Source: Thermoproteota archaeon (GTDB lineage: Archaea > Korarchaeota > Korarchaeia > Korarchaeales > Korarchaeaceae). From it: DNA of 64,000 bases. The number at the start of each line of letters is the position of its first letter. Position 1 is the stretch's first letter. The translations under genes were made by a program, and so were the position numbers. The notes beneath the pieces were generated by a model that was given only the letters and a program-made list of their open reading frames with translations, was not told where the DNA came from and searched no databases. Below are positions 19,055 through 28,903 of the stretch, in pieces. Where the stretch lies: NCBI GenBank assembly GCA_027491915.1, contig JAOZGC010000004.1, positions 81,654 to 145,653 of the forward strand, written 5' to 3'.

Positions 19055-20464
19055 TCATATCCCCCCCAGCCCCACCCCCCTGAGCCTGAGGGTCGGCCCC
19101 CCGGTCCACACCGGGACCCCCTGGCCGGGATCCCCCTTGCCGCAGGTCGCGGCCTCGAACTCAAGGTCCCTCCCGATCCCGTCGACGCTGGAGTAGAATC
19201 CCGGGGTCGTGACCTCCAGGACCGGCCTGAGGACCGGCCCCGCCAACCTGCCGCCCCTGATCAGGTAGGCCTCCGACCCGACGTACCTCTGGTTGAACCT
19301 CCTGTCGTCTATGTTCCACTCCATGAACCTCTTCATGTAGACCCCCTCCGACACTCCCTCTATCAGCTCCTCGGGGGTCTCGTCCCCGGGCGCTATGTAG
19401 GTGTTGGCCATCCTGACTATCGGCTCCCTGTCGTACCTGGAGGCCCTGGCCGCGGCGTTGCTCCTCACGCCGAAGACGCTGGCGGTCTCCCTGTTGTGGA
19501 GGAACTCGTTGATCAGACCCTCCTTCATCAGGAACCTGGGGCGCGCCCTCACACCCTCCCAGTCGTAGAGGTAGAAGCCGTAGCTTCCCTCAAGGGTCGG
19601 GTCGTCCACCACGCTGACCACCTCCGACCCTATCCTCTCCCCCAGCATGTCTGGCCTCACGAAGGACTCCCCAGCCTGGGCGGCCTCCCTGCCGAGCACC
19701 CTGTCGGCCTCGTAGGGGTGACCGGTTGACTCGTGCGCCACGAGGCCGGACACGGACGGCCCTATCACCACATCCATCTTCCCCCTGGGGGCCGGAACGC
19801 CCTTCTCCAACCTCTCCTTCATGCTCTCGGCCATCCCCTCAAGCTCGGCCAGCAGGCCCCACCCGGACAGGATCTCCCACCCGCCGCTCCCCCCGCGCGA
19901 CACCCTGTCCTGGGTGGATCTAGCCCCGTCGACCAGGGTCAGCGTCGCCGTGGAGGAGATCCTGGTCACGTCCCCTCTCACCTCCAATCCCTCTGAGGTC
20001 CGGATGAGCACCACCTGCCTGGAGTCCTCCAGCATGAGGGATCTAGCCGTTATCCCCATCTCTGCCATCCTCTCGTCAATCTGACGCAGGAACTCAATCT
20101 TCTCATCCAGCGGAACGTCTCTAGGATCCCTGACCACCCTCGAACTGTAAGAGTCCCTGACCGGCTCCTCCCGACTCAACCTCGTCCTGCCGCCTCCGCC
20201 GGCCGCCCCGGCGACGGCCTCCTCCACGACCTCCGCCCCGGTCTCCGCGTCGTTGGTGGACGCGAACCCCATTCTCCCGTTCGATATCACCCTCACCGAC
20301 CCGCCGGCGGAGGACTCCATACCAAAAGCCTCCAGAACCCCATTCCTCATCCAGAGGATGCTGCTCTCGTCGATCTGCACCCTCACCTCGTAGTACCTCA
20401 GCCCCCTGCCCTCGGCCGCCTCGACCATGCGGTCCGCCAGCCGCGCGAAATCTCCGATCCCCAT
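19055..20464 (-). CDS. tldD: TldD metalloprotease
   Basis: HESTGHPYEAD Zn motif, DDPT, RMANTYI, CGKGDPGQ. Confidence 0.9.
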   Translation of the reverse strand: MGIGDFARLADRMVEAAEGRGLRYYEVRVQIDESSILWMRNGVLEAFGMESSAGGSVRVISNGRMGFASTNDAETGAEVVEEAVAGAAGGGGRTRLSREEPVRDSYSSRVVRDPRDVPLDEKIEFLRQIDERMAEMGITARSLMLEDSRQVVLIRTSEGLEVRGDVTRISSTATLTLVDGARSTQDRVSRGGSGGWEILSGWGLLAELEGMAESMKERLEKGVPAPRGKMDVVIGPSVSGLVAHESTGHPYEADRVLGREAAQAGESFVRPDMLGERIGSEVVSVVDDPTLEGSYGFYLYDWEGVRARPRFLMKEGLINEFLHNRETASVFGVRSNAAARASRYDREPIVRMANTYIAPGDETPEELIEGVSEGVYMKRFMEWNIDDRRFNQRYVGSEAYLIRGGRLAGPVLRPVLEVTTPGFYSSVDGIGRDLEFEAATCGKGDPGQGVPVWTGGPTLRLRGVGLGGI

Positions 20465-20569
20465 GCGACCATCTCCGCCAGGAGACCTGGTCTCCCTCAA
20501 AAAGTCTCGGCCCGCTGGCTCAAGTTTAATAATCCGCGCTCCCTCCTCCTCCCAAGGAGGAAGCCCGGA

Positions 20570-21274
20570 ATGACCGGATTTTGGGACAGGCTGGCCGCCA
20601 CGATTGAGGCCAAACTGAACAAACTCCTGAACGTTTTTGAGGACCCAAGGGAGCAGCTGGATTACGCGTACGACAAGCTGATCCAGCAGCTCCACGACGT
20701 CGACATGGCCCTGGCCAGGGCGATAACCGCCCGGAAGAAGCTCGAGTTCACGAGAAACAGGATGAAGGAGAGGATGGACGATCTGGAGGATAAGGCGAAG
20801 AGGGCCCTGAGGATGGGGAGGGAGGACCTGGCCAAGAAGGCCCTGGAGAGGAGGGCGGTACTGGCCGCCCAGATGAAGGATCTGGACAGGAGGATAGAGG
20901 AGATGAAGGAGGACGAGGAACAGCTCAAGCAGGTCAGGGAGACTCTGAGGACCAAGATAGACATGTTCAGGGCCAAGAAGGAGCAGTTGAAGGCCGAGTA
21001 CGAGGTGGCTAAGGCCAAGGTCGACGTTAAGGAGAGTTTGAGCGGCCTGGGAGGCGACATAGCCTCCGCCGGCAGGGCCATAGAGAGGGCCGAGGAGAGG
21101 GTCCAGGAGATGCAGGCCAGGTCGGCCGCGATAGACGAGCTGGTGGCGGCCGGCGGCGAGCTCGACATGTTGGAGGGCGAGGAGAAGGACGAGATAGAGA
21201 GGGAACTGTCAAAGGTGGAGATCGAGTCCGCCGTGTCCGAGGAGCTTGAGAGGCTGAAGGCCGAGCTGTCCTAG
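20570..21274 (+). CDS. pspA: PspA/IM30 (Vipp1/ESCRT-III superfamily) protein
   Basis: FWDRL amphipathic N-terminus, EDPREQL, ALRMGREDLAKKAL, ARSAAIDEL, ELERLKAEL. Confidence 0.9.
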   Translation: MTGFWDRLAATIEAKLNKLLNVFEDPREQLDYAYDKLIQQLHDVDMALARAITARKKLEFTRNRMKERMDDLEDKAKRALRMGREDLAKKALERRAVLAAQMKDLDRRIEEMKEDEEQLKQVRETLRTKIDMFRAKKEQLKAEYEVAKAKVDVKESLSGLGGDIASAGRAIERAEERVQEMQARSAAIDELVAAGGELDMLEGEEKDEIERELSKVEIESAVSEELERLKAELS

Positions 21275-21325
21275 GCCGGAGGGTCGGATCGGCTGGACCT
21301 TCTGAGGGACCGGGAGGGTGGGGAC

Positions 21326-21745
21326 TTGGGATCCCCCCTCAAGATCCTACTGCTGTCGCTGGCCGCCATCCTGACGGCCCTGGGGTTCATATTCCTCATA
21401 GCGGCAGTCCTCAACCCAATCAGGGTGCTCACCGCCCTGGGGCTGTTCTCGCTGGCCGGGATCATGGTCTACTTCGTCGGGAGGCAGGGGGCCCTCGAGC
21501 GGGCCGAGGCCCGGATGGAGGCGGAGGTGCTCCGCCTGGCCCGGGCGAGGGGAGGGAAGCTCACGGCGGAGGACGTCTCAATAAACCTCAGGCTTCCCCT
21601 GGACAAGGCGAGGGCCATACTTATCGGGCTGGAGAGGAAGGGCAGCGCCTTGATGGACTTCGAGGAGGTGGAGGAGAGGGGGGTTGAGGTCTTCAGGTTC
21701 CCCCAGTTCGAGTCACCTGACCGGAGATCCCGGGGGGACGTCTGA
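21326..21745 (+). CDS. Two-TM membrane protein with a C-terminal winged-helix-like domain
   Basis: Two hydrophobic segments, then VLRLARARGGKLTAEDV..ARAILIGLERKG..VFRFP. Confidence 0.65.
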   Translation: MGSPLKILLLSLAAILTALGFIFLIAAVLNPIRVLTALGLFSLAGIMVYFVGRQGALERAEARMEAEVLRLARARGGKLTAEDVSINLRLPLDKARAILIGLERKGSALMDFEEVEERGVEVFRFPQFESPDRRSRGDV

Positions 21746-22045
21746 GTCCGGCCGGAGCAGCACCGGCCTGCCGTCGACGTCTGCCGCCAGGAGCATCCCC
21801 TGGGACCAAAGCCCCCTTATCTTCTTGGGTCTGAGGTTGGCCACCACCACTATCTCCGTGCCGATCAACTCGGATGGGTCGTAGTACTGGGCTATTCCGG
21901 CTATAAGCTGTCTCCTTTCTCCTCCCAGGTCAACCTCCAGCCTGAGGAGCTTGTCGGTCCCGGGGACTGGTTCAGCCTTCTCTATCCTGCCGATCCTGAG
22001 GTCAATCTTCGAGAACTCGGAGATCTCGACGAACCCTCCTCCCAT
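21713..22045 (-). CDS. tRNA-binding OB-fold protein (MetG C-terminal / Trbp111 / CsaA-like)
   Basis: FSKIDLRIG, DKLLRLEVDLG, VVANL.PKK, SQGMLLAA. Confidence 0.9.
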   Translation of the reverse strand: MGGGFVEISEFSKIDLRIGRIEKAEPVPGTDKLLRLEVDLGGERRQLIAGIAQYYDPSELIGTEIVVVANLRPKKIRGLWSQGMLLAADVDGRPVLLRPDSDVPPGSPVR

Positions 22046-22170
22046 GGGGATCCCCTTCCCCTGCCCCATCCTTTATATAACCTCGGCGCCGATAATTCGT
22101 GTTAAGGTTCATCGGTCGGAGATTGCCGTTCCGGCGGATTCGCGGTAATCTGCGTTAGGAGGTAGGTGCT

Positions 22171-23442
22171 ATGGGACGAATGACCGTCCAAGTCGTCAGT
22201 GGATATGACGAAGTCGGAAAGTCGGCCGTGTTGGTGGAGGCCGGTGGTAAGAGGATCCTGCTGGACTACGGAATGAAGCTCGTGCCGAAGCAGGAGCCCG
22301 TCTTCCCTCCCCCCGTGGAGGACGTCGACGCCGTGCTGCTGACCCACGCCCACCTGGATCACTCCGGGGCCATCCCCACCCTGTTCAAGAATGGGAGAGG
22401 GCCCGCAATATACGGGATAGACGTGACCAGGGAGTACTCGGACATACTGCTCTCGGACGCCATAAAGGTGGCCAGGATAAGGGGCCACAGCATCCCCTTC
22501 GGCATGAGGGAGGTCAGGACGACGCTGTCGAGGTTCAGGTACGTGGAGTACGGGGTGCCCTTCAGGATAGGCGAGGTCGAGGTGATACCCTTCAACGCCG
22601 GCCACATACCGGGGTCGGCCATGTACTACCTGTCCTACGACGGCAGGTCCATGCTCTACACGGGGGACTTCAACCTGACCGAGACGAGGCTCATGCCCAG
22701 GGCCGACCTGGACATTCCCAGGGTAGACCTCCTCGTCATGGAGTCCACCTACGCCTACAGGGAGCACCCGGAGAGGAGCGGGCAGGAGCAGCTGCTGAGG
22801 AACCTGGTGGAGGACGCCCTGAAGAGGGGGGGGTCGGCGGTCGTTGCCGGGTTCGCCATAGGCAGGCTGGTAGAGGTGGCCATGGCCCTCAGGTCCAGGG
22901 GGTTCAGGGGGCCCCTCTTCTTGGACGGGATGGCCAAGAGGGGACTCGACATAACCGAGGCCTTCGCCGACAGGGTGAAGGATCCCGACTACCTGAGATA
23001 CGTGTCACGCGGCATAAGGAGGGTAAACGGGTGGAACCTGAGGAAGAGGATAGCGTCCTCGAGGTCGGTCATCCTGACCACCTCCGGGATGCTGGAGGGG
23101 GGACCGGTTCACTTCTACATAAAGAGGCTCAAGGACGACCCCAACAGCTCGCTGACCCTCACCGGGTACCAGATTCAGGGTACGGAGGGTAGGAGACTCC
23201 TGGAGGAGGGGAAGATGACGTTGGACGACGAGGAGGTTAGGGTCGAGATGAGGGTCACCCAGCTCAACTTCTCGGCCCACGCCAGCAGGAGGAATCTGCT
23301 GGAGCTGATCCGCGAGATATCACCCAAGACAGTCATACCCATGCACGGGGACGCCACAGACAGGTTCGCCGAGGAAATATCGGAGAGGTACGGGATCTCC
23401 GCCTTCTCCATAGGGGGCCTGGGGGAAGAGGTAACCATATGA
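22171..23442 (+). CDS. Beta-CASP metallo-beta-lactamase ribonuclease (aCPSF2-like, no KH domains)
   Basis: EVGKSA, THAHLDHSG, AGHIPGS, TGD, ESTY, TGYQ, FSAHA, MHG; AGGAGGT SD upstream. Confidence 0.9.
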   Translation: MGRMTVQVVSGYDEVGKSAVLVEAGGKRILLDYGMKLVPKQEPVFPPPVEDVDAVLLTHAHLDHSGAIPTLFKNGRGPAIYGIDVTREYSDILLSDAIKVARIRGHSIPFGMREVRTTLSRFRYVEYGVPFRIGEVEVIPFNAGHIPGSAMYYLSYDGRSMLYTGDFNLTETRLMPRADLDIPRVDLLVMESTYAYREHPERSGQEQLLRNLVEDALKRGGSAVVAGFAIGRLVEVAMALRSRGFRGPLFLDGMAKRGLDITEAFADRVKDPDYLRYVSRGIRRVNGWNLRKRIASSRSVILTTSGMLEGGPVHFYIKRLKDDPNSSLTLTGYQIQGTEGRRLLEEGKMTLDDEEVRVEMRVTQLNFSAHASRRNLLELIREISPKTVIPMHGDATDRFAEEISERYGISAFSIGGLGEEVTI

Positions 23443-23487
23443 TCCTCTGCCCGCCCTTATCCTCCTGCCCGCCCCGACGCCGAAGCG

Positions 23488-24600
23488 TCACCCCTCGACT
23501 TCTTCCTCGCTCCGAGAGACCCGCCTGAGCAGGTACTCCCACGGGTAGCTGGCGAGCTCGATCCTGTCATCCGTCGGGGACACCTCGACGAGGCGCGCGG
23601 TCGCCCCCATCCTGATCAGCCTATCGAGCACCGAGGGGTCCAACAGCTCCTCCGGCCTCACGGCCACCCCATCCCCAACCCTCGCCAGGTGCCGGACCCC
23701 GGCGCCCCTGAGCTCCGCCTCGACCCTATCTGGATCCCCGGAGAAACTAACTATCCCATAAGCCAGGGTCCCATCATCGGTCGGCGTCTCGTGGTCGAGG
23801 GCCACCCTCTCCGCCCTCCTCCTCCACCTGGCCCACATCTGGTAATCCTTCTGCTCCGCCGGGCAGAAGTACCCCATTATGGAGGTCTCCGCCTCCACCC
23901 ACCTGAGCACCTCCTCTGCCGCCTCCGCGCTTCCCGAGACGGCCACCTCACTGTCCGGCCTGGGCACGAGCCCCCAGGATCTCAGGACGTCCCTGTTCAC
24001 CTCACTGAACTCCAACTCGTTCAGGTTGACGAAGTCCCCGCCAACCCTGTCCACGTACCCAGCCAGCTCCTTGAGCCTCCTGACCCACCCCCTGCCGGGT
24101 ATGGCCGGCACCTCGGCCCCGGCCGACATGCCAAGATCCTTCGCCTCGGAGATGAAACTCCAGTCCTCCTCCCTCCAGGAGTGTATCCTTATCTCGTCCA
24201 GCCCAGCGTCCGCCCACCTGGAGAGGATTCGGGGGGTGAGACCCCTGGCGTTCGTGTAGAGGTGCACGTGGAATCCGGATCCGAACTCCTCCTTCAGAAG
24301 CCTCACCCACCTCTCCACCCTCTCAGGAACCTCGCTCGGCTCTCCCCCAGTTATCCCGGCCCCGCCGGCCCCTATGGCCTCGGCCTCGAATATCAGATCC
24401 TCCGGACCGCGTATCTCCACCTCGTCCGCGTAGGAGACGTCTCTCCCCCTCCTGTCGGCCGTTATGGTGCAGTAGGGGCACTCCCCGTACAGGGGGCACA
24501 CGCCGGTGGAGAACACCACCATCTTGGCCCCCTCCCAGCAGAGCTCGCACCCCCTGCTCCACCCCCTTACCCGGAGTGCCCCGAACCTGAGCCTCTCCAA
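23488..24600 (-). CDS. Radical SAM protein (archaeal COG2108-like)
   Basis: GCELC..GAKMVVF.TG, C-x5-C-x2-C cluster motif, TGGEP, HLYT, NLNELEFSE. Confidence 0.8.
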   Translation of the reverse strand: MERLRFGALRVRGWSRGCELCWEGAKMVVFSTGVCPLYGECPYCTITADRRGRDVSYADEVEIRGPEDLIFEAEAIGAGGAGITGGEPSEVPERVERWVRLLKEEFGSGFHVHLYTNARGLTPRILSRWADAGLDEIRIHSWREEDWSFISEAKDLGMSAGAEVPAIPGRGWVRRLKELAGYVDRVGGDFVNLNELEFSEVNRDVLRSWGLVPRPDSEVAVSGSAEAAEEVLRWVEAETSIMGYFCPAEQKDYQMWARWRRRAERVALDHETPTDDGTLAYGIVSFSGDPDRVEAELRGAGVRHLARVGDGVAVRPEELLDPSVLDRLIRMGATARLVEVSPTDDRIELASYPWEYLLRRVSRSEEEVEG

Positions 24601-24607
24601 TTCAGCC

Positions 24608-25876
24608 CTACCTCCAGCTCCTGAGGTACGCCTCCTGCTCCGGGCTGAGCTTGTCTATGGAGATGCCCATGGACTCCAGCTTGAGGGAGGCTATCTCCCT
24701 GTCAACCTCCGGCGGGACCCCGATGACCCTGGGCTGGAGCCTCCCCCTCTCCGCGACCAGCCTCTCCACCGCCAGTGCCTGGTTGGCGAAGCTTATGTCC
24801 ATTACCTCGCTCGGGTGCCCCTCGGCCGCCACCAGGTTCACCAGCCTCCCCTCGGCCAGCAGGTAGATCCTCCTCCCGTCCGGCATCACGTACTCCTCCA
24901 AGTTCGGCCTCACCCTCCTCACCTCCCTCGCCGCCTCCCTGATCTCCCCCACCGATATCTCCACATCGAAGTGTCCGGCGTTGGCCAGCACCGCCCCGTC
25001 CCTCATGACCGCGAAGTGCTCCCCCCTCAGGACGTCCACGTTCCCGGTGGCCGTCACGAAGACGTCCCCCACCCTGGCCGCCTCGGACATGGGCATGACG
25101 TCGTAGCCGTCCATGACCGCCCTGAGGGCCTGCACGGGATCCACCTCGGTAACTATCACCCTGGCCCCCATCCCCCTGGCCCTGGCGGCTATGCCCCTTC
25201 CCACGTGTCCGTACCCGGCCACCACCACCCTCTTGCCGGCCAGCAGGATGTTGGTGGCCCTGATTATCCCGTCGAGCGCGCTCTGGCCCGTGCCGTAGAC
25301 GTTGTCGAAGTCCCACTTCGTCGCCGCGTTGTTCACCGCCACGACGGGATAGGCCAGCCGCCCCTCCCTCTCCAGGGCCCTTATCCTGATCACCCCGGTT
25401 GTGGTCTCCTCCGTCCCACCCCAAACCCCTTCCGCGGCCCCCGCCTCGTGTATGGCCACCGTGAGGTCCCCCCCGTCGTCCATGGTAACGTTCGGACCTG
25501 ATCTTATCACCATGTCTATGGCCCACCTGTACTCCTCCTCGGTCTGACCCCTCCAGGCGTAGACGTCCGTCCCCCCCTCCGACAGGGCGGCCGCCACGTC
25601 GTCTTGGGTCGACAGCGGGTTGGAGGCCGCCAGGCAGACCTCCGCGCCGCCGGCCTCCAGGGTCCTCACCAGGGCCGCCGTCTCCTTGGTGACGTGGAGG
25701 CACGCCCCTATCTTGACCCCCTCGAGCGGGGTCTCCCTGGCGAACCTGGACCTTATCCTGAGCAGGACCGGCATGTGCCGCTCCGCCCACTCTATCTGCC
25801 GCCTTCCCCTCTCTGAGAGGGAAGGGTCCCTTATCCTGCCCAAGGGCTCACCACCAGGTGGATCCGGCGGTCTCAA
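24608..25876 (-). CDS. ahcY: S-adenosylhomocysteine hydrolase
   Basis: [52 protein letters not shown]. Confidence 0.97.
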   Translation of the reverse strand: MRPPDPPGGEPLGRIRDPSLSERGRRQIEWAERHMPVLLRIRSRFARETPLEGVKIGACLHVTKETAALVRTLEAGGAEVCLAASNPLSTQDDVAAALSEGGTDVYAWRGQTEEEYRWAIDMVIRSGPNVTMDDGGDLTVAIHEAGAAEGVWGGTEETTTGVIRIRALEREGRLAYPVVAVNNAATKWDFDNVYGTGQSALDGIIRATNILLAGKRVVVAGYGHVGRGIAARARGMGARVIVTEVDPVQALRAVMDGYDVMPMSEAARVGDVFVTATGNVDVLRGEHFAVMRDGAVLANAGHFDVEISVGEIREAAREVRRVRPNLEEYVMPDGRRIYLLAEGRLVNLVAAEGHPSEVMDISFANQALAVERLVAERGRLQPRVIGVPPEVDREIASLKLESMGISIDKLSPEQEAYLRSWR

Positions 25877-25884
25877 TTAATGAA

Positions 25885-26124
25885 CTAGACCTTGGTCACG
25901 TCCACCTCCCAGTGTCCCCCGGCCTCCCTTGGCTCCCCCACCCTGTTCCCCGTCCTCCTGGACCACCTCCTCAGGTCCTCCAAGGTCGCCACGTCGGTGA
26001 TCAGCGCGACTATGGTCTCCCCGGGCCTCATCCTCTTGACGACCCTGGCTATCTCGACGATGGTCAGGGGGGAGACCTTACCCCTCAGGTCGATCCTCCT
26101 GACCTTCTGCCGCGGGGAGGGCAT
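25885..26124 (-). CDS. TusA/SirA-like protein with the catalytic Cys replaced by Ser
   Basis: IDLRGKVSPLT aligns with the LDxRGxxCPxP motif; MRPGE..ITD...DLRRW; no Cys in the protein. Confidence 0.8.
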   Translation of the reverse strand: MPSPRQKVRRIDLRGKVSPLTIVEIARVVKRMRPGETIVALITDVATLEDLRRWSRRTGNRVGEPREAGGHWEVDVTKV

Positions 26125-26127
26125 CCC

Positions 26128-26697
26128 TCAACCCGGATGACTATGTAAAATACCCTTTCGCACCCTGCCCGCGAACGCCTCCTCGACGGCCCCCCTGCTC
26201 ACCCCCTCGGACAGGAGTTTGTACATGAGGTACGCGTCCTCCCCGTCGGAGTAGTAACCGGGTATGGTCCCGAGCACCTCGTACCCCATCTTCCTGTACA
26301 TTTTTATGGCCGGCGCGTTGGAGATCCTGACCTCCAAGAACATGAGGTCTATCCCGCCGGATCTGAGCAGCCCCTCCTCCGCCCTTTTCATCAGGCTCGT
26401 TCCAATTCCTCTTCTCCTGTAGCCCCTGTGGACGGCGATCGACAGGACGTGCCCCGCCATGAGGGTCTCCCTCCTCGTGTACTTCGGCTCCACCCGGCAC
26501 ATTATGTATCCCACGACCCTGCCGTCGATCTCGGCCACCCAGAACCCGTCTGGCCATCTCCTGAAGTTCTCCAGGAAGAAGGATCTGTGGTAGTTCTCCG
26601 GGAGGAAAATCCTGTTCAGGCTCACCACCTGATCTAGGTCGAACCTCGGATCGAACCTCCTGATCGTCCACTCCTTCCCGTTCAAGACGCCTCCCAA
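26128..26697 (-). CDS. GNAT N-terminal acetyltransferase (Ard1/RimI)
   Basis: LPENY, VGYIMCRVE, GHVLSIAV..YRRRGIG, LEVRISN..AI.MY, YYSDGEDA. Confidence 0.92.
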   Translation of the reverse strand: MGGVLNGKEWTIRRFDPRFDLDQVVSLNRIFLPENYHRSFFLENFRRWPDGFWVAEIDGRVVGYIMCRVEPKYTRRETLMAGHVLSIAVHRGYRRRGIGTSLMKRAEEGLLRSGGIDLMFLEVRISNAPAIKMYRKMGYEVLGTIPGYYSDGEDAYLMYKLLSEGVSRGAVEEAFAGRVRKGILHSHPG

Positions 26698-26747
26698 GGC
26701 CGGGTCGGGCAGCCTTTTAACGCTGATCTTGGGCCGGGTCGGGGACG

Positions 26748-27848
26748 GTGAGATGGGGGTTGATCCTGATGGGAGTCGGCCGCCGCCTCACCGCCCCTCC
26801 CACTCGACCTGGATCTGGCAGGATGATCGTCGGGGCATATCCCAAGACCTATGAGAGCGGGGCGGTCGGGGAAGATGATCCCACCTGGCCGGCCGGGCCC
26901 CCATCAAAGAGGAGTTCCCCCCGATCGCCTCACCTCACAGGAAACCGGAGGTTCTCGCGGCGACTCGGGTTCGCAGCGGGGGAGATCCGGCCGACCCTGA
27001 GGGTATTAGCCCTCGCCGTTACCGCGGCTACCGTCGCGTTCAGCGGCCACCTGTTGTCCTCTAGATTGGGCGAGATCCTTTCCCAAATTCCCCATCAATA
27101 TTCCGGGCGTCCAGAGCTCTCCACCGGTTTCGTCGGCGCCGCGCTGTTCGTCGCTTCGGTGTTCTCGGTGCTCGGGCTGCACGAGATCGGTCACGTTCTC
27201 GCGGGCAGGTTCTGGGGGGGAGGGTGGGAGTTTCCGGTGTTCATACCGGCACCCCCGCCGCTGGGCACGTTCGGCGCGGTCATAACGGCCCACCGACCCC
27301 TCGTCAGCAGGGACGCGGCGTACGATCTTGGGATCTCCGGCCCACTCCTGGGATTCGCCTCGTCGGTTCTGGTCTCCACCCTGGGTCTGGCCTCCTCTAT
27401 CTACCTTCCGCCGGAATCAGCCCCGAGCGAGGTCGGGTGGTCTCCCCTATCGGCGGAAGGCCTCCCTCAACCCCTGATCTTTCGGATGATCGCGGGGCTC
27501 TTCTCCCCTGCCGGGAATTGGAGGCTCATAATGTCTCCCGTCGCGTTCGCCGGGTGGGCGGGCCTGGTCCTCACATTCCTGAATCTCCTGCCCGCCGGTC
27601 AGCTCGACGGGGGTCACGTCGTCTACGCCCTGTTGGGCGGCGGGACGCGGGCGAGGATCCTCCTGCTCTTCCTGATCGCTGCGGCCGCCGTCTACAGTCC
27701 GACCATGGCGATCCTGGCCATACTGATGTCGTTGGGAGGCCACCCCCCGGTGGTGGACCGAGACTCCCCCCTCTCAGGGTGGAGGCGGGCGCTCGGTCCT
27801 CCCATCTACGCCGGCCTCCTGGTGGCCACGGCCCCCCTGCCCCCCTGA
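26748..27848 (+). CDS. Site-2 protease (peptidase M50); start uncertain
   Basis: HEIGH, GTFGAVI, GISGPL, NLLPAGQLDGGH, several TM segments. Confidence 0.85.
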   Translation: MRWGLILMGVGRRLTAPPTRPGSGRMIVGAYPKTYESGAVGEDDPTWPAGPPSKRSSPRSPHLTGNRRFSRRLGFAAGEIRPTLRVLALAVTAATVAFSGHLLSSRLGEILSQIPHQYSGRPELSTGFVGAALFVASVFSVLGLHEIGHVLAGRFWGGGWEFPVFIPAPPPLGTFGAVITAHRPLVSRDAAYDLGISGPLLGFASSVLVSTLGLASSIYLPPESAPSEVGWSPLSAEGLPQPLIFRMIAGLFSPAGNWRLIMSPVAFAGWAGLVLTFLNLLPAGQLDGGHVVYALLGGGTRARILLLFLIAAAAVYSPTMAILAILMSLGGHPPVVDRDSPLSGWRRALGPPIYAGLLVATAPLPP

Positions 27849-27967
27849 TCGGCCAGACCCGTCCCGATCGCGCGGCGGGTGCCCCCCGCCCCCTCAGCTC
27901 AACCCAACCAGATCCGCCTTCTCACGTTAATAATATCCCGGCCGCCCGGATCCCGGGGACCGATGGG

Positions 27968-28903
27968 TTGGTGGTATCCGGCGCCGACGACCCGGACACC
28001 GAGGGTGCCCCCGAGCTCATCGAGAGGAGGGACGCGCTCCAATCCCAGCTGGCCGACCTGAAGGAGGAACTCGAGAGGACCAGGGAGTCGCTGGCCAATA
28101 CCAACGCGGAGTTGGAGAGGGGTTTGGAGGCCCTGAACAGGTTGAGAGATCTGAAATCCGAGTTAGAGGCATCTGTCGAGCGCCTCAGCGCCGAGAGGGA
28201 TGCCCTGAGATCGGAGATATCCGAGATAGAGGGAGACCTGGAGGCCTTGAGGGAGGGGAGGGAGAGGCTGAGGGCGGAGGTCGCCAGGCTCTCGGAGCGC
28301 AAGAGCGCGCTGATGTCCGAGGTGGGGAGATTGGAGTCCGCCATAAGGGAATTGGAGGAGAGGAGATCCAGCCTTCAGTCCAGGGTTTCGTCGCTCGAGA
28401 GGGAGGTGAAGTCTCTCTCGGACGAGAGATCCAGGCTGGCATCGGACATAGAGCTGCTGACCGGGAGGCAGCTGGAGCTTTCCTCTTCGCTGGAATCGCT
28501 GACGAGATCCCTCCAATCCCTCGTGGACGGGGCCGCCAAGAATATGGTCGCGGTGATTGAGGACGTCAAGAGGAACTCGAACCTCCTGATCGATATATCC
28601 TCCAAGGTTGCCGAGATCTCTGACTCCCTCAAATCCGTCGTCGCCGAGATAGACAGGCTCTCCTCCATGGAGAGGAGGGCGGCCGCGCTGGAGTCGGAGA
28701 TAGCGACCAGGTCGGCCGAGGTACTCAGGCTCAGATCCGAGCAAGTCTCGCTGAGCTCGAGGGTGGAGGCCCTGAGATCGGAGCTCAAGAGGCTGGAAGC
28801 CGAGCTGGAGGGGAAGCTGAGCCTCTTGGAGGAGAGGGTATCCCCCGAAACCTTTAAGGGATCGAATTCTCGACCTCCCGGTTCGGAGGGAGATGAGCCG
28901 TGA
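27968..28903 (+). CDS. Long coiled-coil protein of unknown function
   Basis: About 290 aa of continuous heptad pattern, no ATPase motifs; TTAATAAT upstream; stop overlaps S25e start. Confidence 0.7.
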   Translation: MVVSGADDPDTEGAPELIERRDALQSQLADLKEELERTRESLANTNAELERGLEALNRLRDLKSELEASVERLSAERDALRSEISEIEGDLEALREGRERLRAEVARLSERKSALMSEVGRLESAIRELEERRSSLQSRVSSLEREVKSLSDERSRLASDIELLTGRQLELSSSLESLTRSLQSLVDGAAKNMVAVIEDVKRNSNLLIDISSKVAEISDSLKSVVAEIDRLSSMERRAAALESEIATRSAEVLRLRSEQVSLSSRVEALRSELKRLEAELEGKLSLLEERVSPETFKGSNSRPPGSEGDEP

